Positions 11,143 to 21,112 are shown, counted from the first letter of the stretch. The stretch: 64,000 nt of DNA from Minisyncoccota bacterium (GCA_040905385.1 JBBDRP010000002.1:149337-213336), one strand, 5' to 3'. Notes: a model not told the origin generated them from the sequence alone. Numbers and translations: made by a program.

Positions 11143-11265
11143 GATTCTGAAATCTCACTACAAAGCAAAGCAGTTTGCTTTGTAGAGTTGATTTCAGCCC
11201 TCGGTGGTTGTAAAGCACACGGACCTTAATGGGACGCACAATCGACCAGACTCTGTCACCTCTCC
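11143..11265 (-). pseudogene. Degenerate tRNA-Ser copy with a 51-nt palindromic insert in the T-loop
   Basis: 11231-11260 is identical to 10980-11009. Anticodon arm is broken, GAGGG|ctgaaatc..gatttcag|AATC replaces the T-loop TTCG, and the 3' acceptor strand is missing. Confidence 0.85.
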
Positions 11266-11282
11266 ATATATAATTGAATTTG

Positions 11283-12305
11283 TCAACCTTCGCTACTTGT
11301 TCTCAGCTTACCATACTGAGTGGCATGTTTGGGGTTATTGGTTCCTACAACTTTCATGTATTTATCTACCCCTGCTTGGTTTTCTATTCGTACACTTTTG
11401 CCATTGTAGTTTATTTTTGCTTCCACGTGAAGGTTTTTCAGAATATCCATAACCTGATCTCGTAGCTGCTGACTGAGTGTAGTGAAATCAATTTTTGGAT
11501 AAGAATATTCTTTCCCTGCAACTTGGTAAGTATGTTTATAGATTGATCCATCAGTATCAATAAGACCACGTACGCAAGCAATTTGAAACTTTTCTTTTTT
11601 CTGTATCCATTGAGGGATATGTAAACCTTGTGCCAGTTTATCTTCTAAAGTTAATCCAATCACTTGGCAAAATTTGACAAGTTTTACGCGGTGAACTACT
11701 AGGTCAATTGCTTTGGAATTTGAATTACTATACTGCTTTGGTGTTATCTCAAAGAGATTTTTAATGAGATTCGACACGAAAGGAACATAGCCAGCATCTG
11801 CAATCGAATTTAAGGTGATTGTCGCTTGGTACTTTGTAAGACCTCCATCACCTAGCATAATACCAACGAATTCTGCTAGCTTATCGTCATGGCTAGGTTG
11901 TTTGATTGCTTGCGGGGCCAGTATGGGATTGTCTTGATGCTTACCAGTTTCTTCCCACCACTTTCGCCAGTTTTTTCTGCGCTTTTCTGGGTCACCAATT
12001 GATCCATATTTTTTGTAACGGGCTTGACCTCCTTTTTTCGCCGCTGATTTAAGGTGATCTTTCCATATCAATACATCTACATTATTAGCAATCTTAAGTT
12101 TAGCCACCTTTGCTAACTTTTTAGCTGCAGTGACAGATATGCGGTGTTTTTCACGTGCCCAATCTCGCAGCGTTCGGTCGTGTACGCCAATGATCTCAGC
12201 CATTTCTTTCCAGGTTGTGCCGGTAGCTTTCTTCGCTCTTAGAATAAAAGCTCTTTGCTTACCAGGAGAGAACTTTAACCGGTTTTTAATGGAAGACTTT
12301 GCCAT
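11283..12305 (-). CDS. Free-standing HTH + double-motif LAGLIDADG endonuclease-like protein
   Basis: N-terminal HTH (WKEMAEIIGVHDRTLRDW), LAEFVGIMLGDGG and ACVRGLIDTDGS motifs, no intein splicing termini. Confidence 0.88.
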   Translation of the reverse strand: MAKSSIKNRLKFSPGKQRAFILRAKKATGTTWKEMAEIIGVHDRTLRDWAREKHRISVTAAKKLAKVAKLKIANNVDVLIWKDHLKSAAKKGGQARYKKYGSIGDPEKRRKNWRKWWEETGKHQDNPILAPQAIKQPSHDDKLAEFVGIMLGDGGLTKYQATITLNSIADAGYVPFVSNLIKNLFEITPKQYSNSNSKAIDLVVHRVKLVKFCQVIGLTLEDKLAQGLHIPQWIQKKEKFQIACVRGLIDTDGSIYKHTYQVAGKEYSYPKIDFTTLSQQLRDQVMDILKNLHVEAKINYNGKSVRIENQAGVDKYMKVVGTNNPKHATQYGKLRTSSEG

Positions 12306-12326
12306 GCCTCCATAATATCATGCTCT

Positions 12327-12974
12327 TTAATGTGCAAAAGCGATTCCGATGATTTTTGCGTTAGAATTTTCTCGCAATGCTCGCCGTGCTTCGGTCAGTG
12401 TTGCGCCCGTGGTAGTCACATCATCAATCACGAAAATAACTGCTTCATCATCAATGTCGACTTCAGCCTGAAAAACTCCGCGGACATTTTTACGCCGCCT
12501 GCTTCGGGAGAGTTCGGTTTGATCAGCTGTGGTCCGTGTCTTTTCTAGCAGCTGTTTGTATACAAATACATTCTCCTCTTCGACATCAGCGATACGTTTG
12601 CAAATGCGGGCGCTCTGGTTGAAGCCACGCTCGCGTCGCCGCTTGCCCGATAGGGGAATGGGCGTGATGATAATTCTGTCGTCAAAGATCCGCTCCTCCT
12701 GGCAAATACTCAAAATCTCTTCTCGCATCCGCTCGCCAATAAGATCTGCGGCCGTTTGTGAACCGGCGAACTTAAGCGCATACACAACTTCACGTATTAT
12801 TTCATTACGGTAGTCGCAGACTGCTTTCACAGAGCTTTTTTCTGGCTGTCGATTTGTTCCAAGAGTCTCTAGATCAGTTATCAATAACCGCCGTAACCGC
12901 CGCTCTCGATCTGATGGTGGAAAAAGCAGATCCAAAAACTTCTGGATGGTAGTATGAAAAGACGAATTGCGCAT
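12327..12974 (-). CDS. comF: ComF family phosphoribosyltransferase-like competence protein
   Basis: PIPLS..R.RERGFNQS, VIDDVTTTGATL. Confidence 0.92.
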   Translation of the reverse strand: MRNSSFHTTIQKFLDLLFPPSDRERRLRRLLITDLETLGTNRQPEKSSVKAVCDYRNEIIREVVYALKFAGSQTAADLIGERMREEILSICQEERIFDDRIIITPIPLSGKRRRERGFNQSARICKRIADVEEENVFVYKQLLEKTRTTADQTELSRSRRRKNVRGVFQAEVDIDDEAVIFVIDDVTTTGATLTEARRALRENSNAKIIGIAFAH

Positions 12975-13003
12975 CTAGTGTTATACTACATTACAGAAAA
13001 GCT

Positions 13004-14107
13004 ATGGCGAATATTTTCTCTAAAATAATAGGTTCACTAACCGGCTCATCAGGAAGCGGTGGTCACCCAAATGGGGTGGTAGGTATTGAGTTTTCTGCCG
13101 GCTCAGTCAAGGTAATTCAGCTAAAAGAAAAAAATGGTGCGCCAGTTTTGGAAACGTACGGCGAGCTTGCACTTGGTCCCTACGACGAAAAACCAATTGG
13201 TGCGGCGGTGAAATCAGAATCAAAAACTCTTGGAAAAGCACTTAATGAAATCATTGATGAGGCCAGTGTTACCACCAAGCATGCCGGTGTTGCCATTCCG
13301 ATTTCTGCCAGTTTGGTAAATATTATTGATCTTCCACCAGTGTCTGATCCGGAAAAGCTTGCCCAGATAATTCCGATGGAGGCGCGAAAGTACATTCCAG
13401 TACAGCCGTCCGAAGTTTTGATGGACTGGGACATTCTTCCTAACAGAAATAGGCACTCTGATGATCCTGAACAGGCACTTGTGGTTGCTATTCATAAAGA
13501 AGCAATTAACCGTTACCGTCAAGCACTCGAAGAAACTGATCTTGACGTTGGGTTTTTCGAGATAGAAATATTCTCCTCTATTCGCGCTACACTTGATCGC
13601 GGAATCGAGCCGGTGTTGCTGATTGATCTTGGAATTTCTTCTAGCAAAATCTACATTGTTGAGCACGGCGTGGTTCGCGGTGCTCATACAATTAATCAGG
13701 GTGGGCAGGACATAACCCGCGCCCTCTCCTCACGTCTCGGGGTGAGCTTCGATGAAGCCGAAAAAATTAAGCGAACTGAAGGTCTTACCGGAGAAGGTGA
13801 GGATGCTGATGCAGTTCGCGAGAGTGCTCGCACCATACTCAACTACATTTTTTCTAAGACAAATGACATTGTTGTTGATTATCAAAAGAAAAACGCCGCC
13901 GTTGTCGAGGAGGTGGTACTGACTGGTGGGGGATCTATCTTTGTCGGAATTGATAAAATTGCCGAGAAGATGCTTAATATTAGTGCTCGTCGAGCTGATC
14001 CATTCTCTAAACTAGAGACACCGCATTTCCTCTCTAAAACACTCAAGCAGATCGGTCCTGAATTTGCCGTGGCCATCGGCGCCGCCCTTCGTCGACTACA
14101 GGAGTAA
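13004..14107 (+). CDS. pilM: Type IV pilus assembly protein PilM
   Basis: Actin-like fold (GIEFSAGSVK, IDLG, LTGGGS, AVAIGAALR), EARKYIP. Confidence 0.92.
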   Translation: MANIFSKIIGSLTGSSGSGGHPNGVVGIEFSAGSVKVIQLKEKNGAPVLETYGELALGPYDEKPIGAAVKSESKTLGKALNEIIDEASVTTKHAGVAIPISASLVNIIDLPPVSDPEKLAQIIPMEARKYIPVQPSEVLMDWDILPNRNRHSDDPEQALVVAIHKEAINRYRQALEETDLDVGFFEIEIFSSIRATLDRGIEPVLLIDLGISSSKIYIVEHGVVRGAHTINQGGQDITRALSSRLGVSFDEAEKIKRTEGLTGEGEDADAVRESARTILNYIFSKTNDIVVDYQKKNAAVVEEVVLTGGGSIFVGIDKIAEKMLNISARRADPFSKLETPHFLSKTLKQIGPEFAVAIGAALRRLQE

Positions 14108-14184
14108 TCCACACACTGAGTTATCGTTATAGTCCTATTTGGATGCTACAATTAAACAGGGTAACGATGTAATTTTTACGATAT

Positions 14185-14856
14185 ATGCCTGAAGAAAAGT
14201 TTGAATCCTCATCATTTATACCGAAAGGGGTGGCACACTACCAAAAGCCCAAAACTTCTGGTAGCGGCGGTACTGGTGGTATTGGTGCCAGCAGTGGGGC
14301 ATTCTTCAAAGTAGGGCTTGGCTTCGCTGGCTTTATTGGCTTGCTGGCAGCTGCTGTATTTTTCTATACGCTGTATCTGGAATCAAACTTGGTTGATGTG
14401 AAGCAACAGTTTTCTCAGGCGCAGGATACCTTTGAGCCAGAAGTAATAAATGAACTTGATGCCATTGACACACAGATTTCCTCGATGACCGAGATTCTTA
14501 ATAATCACACAGCCGTTACTCCGGTTTTTGATCTTATTGAGTCCATTACACTATCAAGTGTTCAGTTGATAAATGCCTCAGTTCAATCGACGTCACGAGG
14601 TGTTGCAGATAATCTAGGCAGAGGAAGGAGTGACGAAGCGCAGATCGGAACACCCGATGGTGATGTAGTCGTTTCCCTTACTGGCCTAGCGCCTAGTTTT
14701 GCCGCCACAGCTCTGCAGGCGCAAGCTATTGCGGATAATGAACAACTCATCAATGCTGTTGTTTCTCAATTCAGCCTTACCGAGCAAGGGGACGTGGCTT
14801 TCAGTATTCAGTTCTCTCTGCCAGTTGATTATATGTCTTACGAAACTACCATTTAA
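14185..14856 (+). CDS. PilN-like protein
   Basis: SFIPK N-terminal motif, single TM helix plus coiled coil, position after pilM. Confidence 0.75.
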   Translation: MPEEKFESSSFIPKGVAHYQKPKTSGSGGTGGIGASSGAFFKVGLGFAGFIGLLAAAVFFYTLYLESNLVDVKQQFSQAQDTFEPEVINELDAIDTQISSMTEILNNHTAVTPVFDLIESITLSSVQLINASVQSTSRGVADNLGRGRSDEAQIGTPDGDVVVSLTGLAPSFAATALQAQAIADNEQLINAVVSQFSLTEQGDVAFSIQFSLPVDYMSYETTI

Positions 14857-14858
14857 TT

Positions 14859-15488
14859 ATGCAGAAACTCATTCTCCCAATCACATTAATTGTTCTTGGA
14901 ATAATTGCATTTTTTCTGTACATCAAGCCAGTTTACCAAGACACTGCGGCTATTCGATCCGAAATTGAGGAGTACGAGACAGCGCTATCTCAGGTCGGTG
15001 AAATTCAGAAAATCCGTGACGACTTACTACGTCAGTATAATCAACTGCCACAAACAAGTATATATATCATGAATCGTATTCTTCCTGATTCGCTAGATAC
15101 AGTACGATTGCTAGTAGAGCTTAATCAAATGGCTCTCCCGCACAACCTATCTGTTCAGGGTATCTCATTTACCAATCGCAGTGATAGTGAGGATAACAGG
15201 AATCGAAATAGCGAAGATGCTGCGCCACGTAAATCATACGAATCTGCACAAACGAGCTTCTCTGTCTCAGGTCCATATGAAAATGTCCTGGACTTTGTTC
15301 GTGACATAGAGCGTTCAACACGTCTGATCGATATTACACGGCTCACCGTTACGGGGCCAGAAGCTGATGGTGAGGATGGTGCTGACATTACAGCCGAGGA
15401 TCTAGCTGGCCTCACGTCACTCAGTGGTCAAGAAAATATATACACCATTACCGGTATGACATACTGGTTTTCTAATGAAGATTTATAA
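14859..15488 (+). CDS. pilO: Type IV pilus assembly protein PilO
   Basis: TM helix plus coiled coil, ILPD, SVSGPYENVLDFVRDIERSTRLIDI. Confidence 0.85.
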   Translation: MQKLILPITLIVLGIIAFFLYIKPVYQDTAAIRSEIEEYETALSQVGEIQKIRDDLLRQYNQLPQTSIYIMNRILPDSLDTVRLLVELNQMALPHNLSVQGISFTNRSDSEDNRNRNSEDAAPRKSYESAQTSFSVSGPYENVLDFVRDIERSTRLIDITRLTVTGPEADGEDGADITAEDLAGLTSLSGQENIYTITGMTYWFSNEDL

Positions 15489-15493
15489 TAATT

Positions 15494-16003
15494 ATGCCTG
15501 AAAATATCCCTACAAAGTTAATAATTGGACTTGTTGTCGCCGCTGCTATCGGAGTCGGTGTGTACTTTTGGCTAGGCACCGGAGATGCTGGCTCAATGTC
15601 ACTACAAACAAATAATAACCAGTCTAATGCAACGGAAACAGTAGATGCCATAGGTACAAGTGAAGTTCTTGCGCAGTTAAATCGATTACAGAATATAAAT
15701 ATAAATACTAATATTTATCAGTCTGATATTTATCTTAGTTTAGAAGATTTTGGGATAAGTATCACCGAGCAACCGATTGGTCGAGAGAATCCGTTTATAT
15801 CTCCTGCCTCAAATATACAGGGAGGTATCATTTTCCCGAGTCCAACACAGCCCACTCAGCAGTCGGTGAGCAGTAATGAAGAAGATGAAGAGGTAGCCAC
15901 AAGCACCGAGGAAGGAGAGGGTGATCAGCAGGAATTGACTGGAAGTGAAGGTAGTACTAGCTCAGAAACTACTGTTGAGATTGAGGAGGATACCGATGAA
16001 TAA
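15494..16003 (+). CDS. Pilus-associated membrane protein (PilP position)
   Basis: N-terminal TM helix, GRENPF motif, acidic tail. Confidence 0.7.
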   Translation: MPENIPTKLIIGLVVAAAIGVGVYFWLGTGDAGSMSLQTNNNQSNATETVDAIGTSEVLAQLNRLQNININTNIYQSDIYLSLEDFGISITEQPIGRENPFISPASNIQGGIIFPSPTQPTQQSVSSNEEDEEVATSTEEGEGDQQELTGSEGSTSSETTVEIEEDTDE

Positions 16004-16037
16004 TGTCATCGGTATGTAATGTAACCATTTGCTCTTT

Positions 16038-17759
16038 ATGGATTTACTACAAATTCTTGTAAATAACAAGGTTCTCGAAGAGGCTGATATCGAAAAGATT
16101 CGAAATCAGTCACAGGAATCTGGTAATCCAGTGTACGAAATACTTACCGAACGTGGTATTACACCGGAGCAGATACTGAAAGCCAAAAGTGCTGAGTTTG
16201 AGGTGCCTGCACTGAATTTGGAAGGCGAATCGCTGGATTCAGATGCGGTAAACATGATTCCGCAGGACGCGATTGAGCATTACAAAATTCTTCCGCTTCG
16301 ACTTGATGAGGACGGTACCCTCGAGGTCGGTTTTGTTGACCCTGGGGATATCACTGCCCGTGATGCTGTCCAATTTATTGCCTCCAAGCATGATATTCCG
16401 TTTCGGATGAAGGTGATTCTAGAGTCGCAGTTTGAGGAGATGAAAAAGTCTGGTGGCAATCTAACTGGCGAGGTAAAGCAAGCGATTTCAGCCTTGGAGT
16501 CGGAGTTGACCAAGGAAGAGGAGGCTATTTCCAAAGAGATGAGAAAGATGTCTAAAGACGACTCTTCTGGTGGTATCGTCGAGGATGCACCGGTTACCAA
16601 GATTGTCGCCACGATTCTTCGCTATGCCACCGAGGGCCAGGCTTCCGACGTCCACATCGAGCCGATTGAGAATCAGATTCGTGTGCGCTTCCGGGTTGAT
16701 GGTGACCTCCACACCAGTCTAATGCTGCCCAAGGAAGTACTCAGCGCCGTAGTGGCTCGTATCAAGATTCTGTGTCGTATGAAGCTTGATGAAAAGCGCA
16801 AGCCACAGGATGGTCGTTTCTCGGCTCATATTAACGAGCGCAAAATCGACTTTCGTGTCTCGACACTACCAACCTACTACGGCGAGAAGGTCGTGATGCG
16901 TATTCTGGACCCGGATAAAGGGATTATTGGCCTTAAAGAGATTGGTCTTACTGAATCCGATCGTGAGCTCATCGAGCATGCCATCAACCGGCCGTACGGA
17001 ATGGTGCTGATTTCTGGTCCGACCGGTTCCGGAAAAACAACAACGCTGTACTCCATGCTTAGTAAGTTGGATACTGATACCAAAAATGTGCTCTCGCTGG
17101 AGGATCCGGTCGAGTATAACCTGGAAGGAATCAATCAGTCACAGGTTCGGCCTGAGATTGGTTACACCTTTGCTGATGGACTACGTACCGCCCTGCGTCA
17201 GGACCCGGACATCATTATGGTTGGTGAGATTCGTGATGAGGAAACGGCCCGCCTGGCGGTCCGTGCGGCGCTGACGGGGCACCTCGTCTTCTCTACCATT
17301 CACACCAACAACGCCATTGGGGTGATTCCACGTCTGATTGACATGGGAATTGATCCATACCTGATTGCACCAACCCTTATTCTGGCAATTTCTCAGCGGC
17401 TGGCACGAACACTCTGCAAGGGTGCCGGCTCACCAATTCCGGTTAAGGGCAGTATCCAGAAGCTTATCGAAAAAGAGCTCGAGGATCTTCCGGAAGAAAC
17501 GCGGGCCAAGTTTGAGATTCCAGAAAATGTCTACGAACCAAAACCAACCGATGACTGCCCAACTGGACTATCCGGTCGAACCGCGGTCTTTGAGGTACTG
17601 GATATCAACGAAAGAATCGAGGAGGTAATTCTGGATGGTGCCGACGAAACTGATATTAAAGCGGCCGCTTTGGCGAATGGTATGATTAGTATGCGACAGG
17701 ATGCTTTGGTCAAGGCCTTTAACGGAGAGATTCCGTTTGAGGAAGTTGGTAAACTCTAG
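16038..17759 (+). CDS. pilB: Type IV pilus extension ATPase (GspE/PulE family)
   Basis: ASDVHIEP, PQDGRF, GPTGSGKTTT, LEDPVEY, LRQDPDIIMVGEIRD, GHLVFSTIHTN. Confidence 0.95.
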   Translation: MDLLQILVNNKVLEEADIEKIRNQSQESGNPVYEILTERGITPEQILKAKSAEFEVPALNLEGESLDSDAVNMIPQDAIEHYKILPLRLDEDGTLEVGFVDPGDITARDAVQFIASKHDIPFRMKVILESQFEEMKKSGGNLTGEVKQAISALESELTKEEEAISKEMRKMSKDDSSGGIVEDAPVTKIVATILRYATEGQASDVHIEPIENQIRVRFRVDGDLHTSLMLPKEVLSAVVARIKILCRMKLDEKRKPQDGRFSAHINERKIDFRVSTLPTYYGEKVVMRILDPDKGIIGLKEIGLTESDRELIEHAINRPYGMVLISGPTGSGKTTTLYSMLSKLDTDTKNVLSLEDPVEYNLEGINQSQVRPEIGYTFADGLRTALRQDPDIIMVGEIRDEETARLAVRAALTGHLVFSTIHTNNAIGVIPRLIDMGIDPYLIAPTLILAISQRLARTLCKGAGSPIPVKGSIQKLIEKELEDLPEETRAKFEIPENVYEPKPTDDCPTGLSGRTAVFEVLDINERIEEVILDGADETDIKAAALANGMISMRQDALVKAFNGEIPFEEVGKL

Positions 17760-17779
17760 TGGTATAATAATACGTATCT

Positions 17780-18844
17780 ATGGCAACCAGAAAAGAAACA
17801 ATTTCACGACTTGCTGAAACTGCGGTTAATCACCAGGCCTCTGATATTCATCTGTCTACCGGTCGCAAGCCGATTCTGCGTGTGGCGGATAAACTTTTAG
17901 TACTAAGCGATCATGAGGAACTATCGGCTGATGATGTAAAGAATCTCATGACCGAGCTCCTGACTGAAGGCGAGCTGAACCGTTTTCATCAGCAGCGCAG
18001 CCTGGACTTTTCCTTTACTCATGGTGACGAGGCTCGTTTCCGCTGTAATGCTTTTTACGCCCAAGGGTTGCCGGTAATTGCGATGCGATTGATTCCGTCT
18101 CGAATTCGCACCTTTGAAGAGCTTAACCTACCTGCGCAACTCGCGCGTTTTACTGAGACCGAGCAAGGCTTCTTTCTGGTGGTGGGACCGGTTGGGCAGG
18201 GGAAGTCAACGACGTTGGCGACCATGATTGAGAACATTAACGTCAAGCACTCTCGTCACATCATCACGATTGAGGACCCGCTTGAGTACGTCTACAAGCA
18301 GAAGAAGTCCATCATTGACCAGCGTGAGGTACGGATTGATACGCCTGATTTCCGCACCGCTCTGCGCGCTGTCTTTCGTCAGGACGTTGATGTGGTACTA
18401 GTCGGGGAGATGCGCGGACGAGAGACCATTGAGACGGCCGTAACGGCCGGTGAGACCGGGCACCTGGTCTACTCGACGCTACACACCAACAGCGCCTCTC
18501 AGACCGTTAACCGTATCATTGACACCTTCCCGGCCGAGCAGCAGAAGCAGGTACGTTCGCAGCTGGCTTCTTCACTTTCCGGAATCTTTTCGCAGCGGCT
18601 GCTGCCACGAATCTCTGGTGGCGTGATTCCGGCCTACGAACTTCTGATTAATAACAAAGCCATCGCCAACCTGATCCGCGAAGGTCGTACCCACGAAATT
18701 GATAACGTACTGCAGACATCCGCCGAGGCTGGCATGGTCACACTTAACCAATCCCTGGCCGGCCTTGTTCGTTCTGGCGAGGTGGAGGTGGCGGATGCGA
18801 TGCGCTTTTCGCGTAATCCAGCCCAGCTGGACCAGCTTATTTAA
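17780..18844 (+). CDS. pilT: Type IV pilus retraction ATPase
   Basis: ASDIHL, GPVGQGKSTT, IEDPLEY, ETGHLVYSTLHT, AIANLIRE. Confidence 0.95.
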   Translation: MATRKETISRLAETAVNHQASDIHLSTGRKPILRVADKLLVLSDHEELSADDVKNLMTELLTEGELNRFHQQRSLDFSFTHGDEARFRCNAFYAQGLPVIAMRLIPSRIRTFEELNLPAQLARFTETEQGFFLVVGPVGQGKSTTLATMIENINVKHSRHIITIEDPLEYVYKQKKSIIDQREVRIDTPDFRTALRAVFRQDVDVVLVGEMRGRETIETAVTAGETGHLVYSTLHTNSASQTVNRIIDTFPAEQQKQVRSQLASSLSGIFSQRLLPRISGGVIPAYELLINNKAIANLIREGRTHEIDNVLQTSAEAGMVTLNQSLAGLVRSGEVEVADAMRFSRNPAQLDQLI

Positions 18845-18853
18845 TATACCGAT

Positions 18854-20065
18854 ATGCGATTTGTATACACAGCAATTGATGAGAGTGGTGAAGAGCAGAA
18901 GGGCCACATCGAAACCTACGGCAAGGATGCAGCTATTAGTCAGCTCCAGCAGCGGGGTCTAACCATTCTTGAGATTGGTGAAGAGGGCGAAAACGTCCCG
19001 ATCTGGGAGCGTCGTATTAAGTTTTTCGAGCGGGTTTCCAACAAAGAGGTCGTGATAATCTCTCGGCAGTTTGCTACCTTGTTTCAGGCCGATGTATCGG
19101 CATTGAAGGTGTTTACGCTTCTGGGTAATGCCGCCGAGAATCAAATGTTAAAAGATGCCTTGTTTGATATGGTTGACCAGCTCAAGGAGGGTAACTCTAT
19201 CTCCAAGGCTTTCTCTAAGCACACCGATATTTTCTCAGACTTTTACGTAAACATGGTGGCTGCTGGTGAGGAGTCCGGAAATCTTGCCGATACCTTCGCC
19301 TACCTGGCCGACTACATGGACCGCAATTATGAGCTAACCTCCAGTGTCAAAAGTGCGCTGGTGTACCCAGCCTTTGTAATCACGACTTTTGTGGCCGTAA
19401 TGATACTGATGCTTACCACCGTTATTCCGAATATTACCGAAATCATTGTTGATTCTGGTCAGGAACCACCAATCTATACCAAAATTGTGATCGGCATGTC
19501 TGATTTTCTCCTTGCCTACGGAATCTATTTGCTGTTTGGGCTTTTGATCGGTGGCTACGGAATCTACTGGTACGTCACTGAGACGGACGAGGGCGAGGAA
19601 ATTCTGGCTGATATTAAGTTGCAGTTACCGTATCTGGGTAATCTGTACCAGAAGCTGTATCTATCACGCCTCTGTGACAATATGCACACCATGCTTCGCA
19701 GTGGTATCCCGATGACTCGGGCTATCGAGATTACTGCCAGTGTAATTGACAATCGTATTTATCACGAAATGTTAATGACTGCTGTTGATGATATCAAGGG
19801 TGGTAGATCGATTGCTGATTCACTGTCCGGTAACGATCAGATTCCGGGTATTATGGTTCAGATGATGCAGATTGGTGAGGAAACCGGTGAGCTTGGTAAT
19901 ATCCTGAAGACGCTTTCGAACTTTTACCGCCGCGAAGTTAAGAACGCTGTTGATGGTCTTGTTTCGCTGATTGAGCCGATTATGATTTTAATGCTTGGTG
20001 TTGGTGTTGGTGGGCTGCTTGCATCTGTGCTGATGCCGATCTACAACCTTTCGGCTGGCTTCTAG
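18854..20065 (+). CDS. pilC: Type II secretion F family platform protein
   Basis: AGEESGNL, ALVYP, GEETGEL, SLIEP. Confidence 0.95.
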   Translation: MRFVYTAIDESGEEQKGHIETYGKDAAISQLQQRGLTILEIGEEGENVPIWERRIKFFERVSNKEVVIISRQFATLFQADVSALKVFTLLGNAAENQMLKDALFDMVDQLKEGNSISKAFSKHTDIFSDFYVNMVAAGEESGNLADTFAYLADYMDRNYELTSSVKSALVYPAFVITTFVAVMILMLTTVIPNITEIIVDSGQEPPIYTKIVIGMSDFLLAYGIYLLFGLLIGGYGIYWYVTETDEGEEILADIKLQLPYLGNLYQKLYLSRLCDNMHTMLRSGIPMTRAIEITASVIDNRIYHEMLMTAVDDIKGGRSIADSLSGNDQIPGIMVQMMQIGEETGELGNILKTLSNFYRREVKNAVDGLVSLIEPIMILMLGVGVGGLLASVLMPIYNLSAGF

Positions 20066-20067
20066 GG

Positions 20068-20456
20068 CGTTCGCACCCGCCGTTTTGCTTCGGGACGAGT
20101 AGTGTCGCCAGCGGCGACACTCTCTCCGTCTCGGGATCGCTCCTCCGACATGCGTCGGAGACCGTGCCCGCTCGCCCTGCGAAGCCCGAACAAAACAGGG
20201 GTGCTCACTTAGTAGTACATTTCCAATCTTTTGTAATGTAAATAGATTTCGGAAGGAGGTGCACGTATTACGTGATATCAAAACCCAGCCCTTGCGCGCA
20301 AGGGCTGGGTAAACCTTAAAGCGAACTACTTTATTTTGCTAGTCTCGCGCAAGGCGCTCAGCATGGTGTCTACCTAAAGTAGACTGAGCGCCTGAGCGGA
20401 TAAAAATCCTCGCAGGGGATTTATTTGTAGTGCAGCAAAATAAAGGTAGTGAGCGC
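20068..20456. repeat. Two nested composite palindromic elements separated by a GC hairpin
   Basis: GTTCG-cacccgccgttttg..caaaacaggggtg-CTCAC (20069-20208); acccagcccttgc/gcaagggctgggt (20283-20310); CGAAC-tactttattttgct..agcaaaataaaggta-GTGAG (20322-20453). Confidence 0.75.
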
Positions 20457-20459
20457 CAG

Positions 20460-20503
20460 TTATCCACATGCGTTACTTGCACGTCTGTCAAACACGCTAT
20501 AAT
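20460..20503 (+). promoter_or_regulatory. Pilin promoter with an upstream DnaA-box-like TTATCCACA
   Basis: TTATCCACA at 20460-20468, TTGCAC, and TATAAT at 20498-20503. Confidence 0.6.
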
Positions 20504-20563
20504 AAAGGCTGTAGTACTTTTGCTCGAGCAAGAGAAGTACCACATTATTACTAATTTAAGTAA

Positions 20564-20995
20564 ATGATTATTGTGTCTTACTTTAAAAAGATCAAAGAAA
20601 ATCGCGGTTTCACACTGATTGAGCTTTTGGTGGTGATTGCCATCATCGGAATTCTTTCCAGTGTGGTGCTCGCGTCCTTGAACACGGCCCGTGCCGACGC
20701 TCGTGACTCACAGCGTCAGCAGGCTATGACCCAGCTGCGTACCGCTGTTGAGCTGTGTGCCAACGCAACAGGGAATTACACAAACTGTGGTGACCCAGCT
20801 GCTTCACCTGGACTAGGAGACTACATTCAGGACGAACCAGTAGATCCATCAACGCAAACCACTGATCCTTACACCATTACTACCAGTCTCAACGGATACT
20901 GTATAGAAAATAATGAATGGGAAGGTGAAATCCCGAATAACGACGCCGGTTGTGGTGCTGTGGGTACATACTCAATTGGTCCAGGAACCAGCTAA
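20564..20995 (+). CDS. Probable major type IV pilin
   Basis: RG|FTLIELLVVIAIIGILSSVVLASL, ARDSQR, own promoter and terminator. Confidence 0.92.
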   Translation: MIIVSYFKKIKENRGFTLIELLVVIAIIGILSSVVLASLNTARADARDSQRQQAMTQLRTAVELCANATGNYTNCGDPAASPGLGDYIQDEPVDPSTQTTDPYTITTSLNGYCIENNEWEGEIPNNDAGCGAVGTYSIGPGTS

Positions 20996-21024
20996 GCCTG
21001 ACTTAGCAGTTACATAACTGTAAT

Positions 21025-21055
21025 CAAAACCCCCACAAAATTTGTGGGGGTTTTG
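21025..21055 (+). terminator. Pilin terminator
   Basis: caaaacccccacaaa-a-tttgtgggggttttg. Confidence 0.85.
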
Positions 21056-21112
21056 CTGTATCACTACATACTTTACCTTACTCATAACAGGTATTTACCG
21101 TAAGCGCTTAAC

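Noticed and set aside
11220-11240. Ochre suppressor tRNA (TTA in the loop of the degenerate tRNA-Ser)
   Set aside because: The anticodon stem cannot pair, the T-loop is disrupted and the 3' acceptor strand is absent.
11283-12305. Intein or group I intron encoding the LAGLIDADG protein
   Set aside because: No host gene is interrupted, and no Cys/His-Asn splice termini or group I core were recognised.
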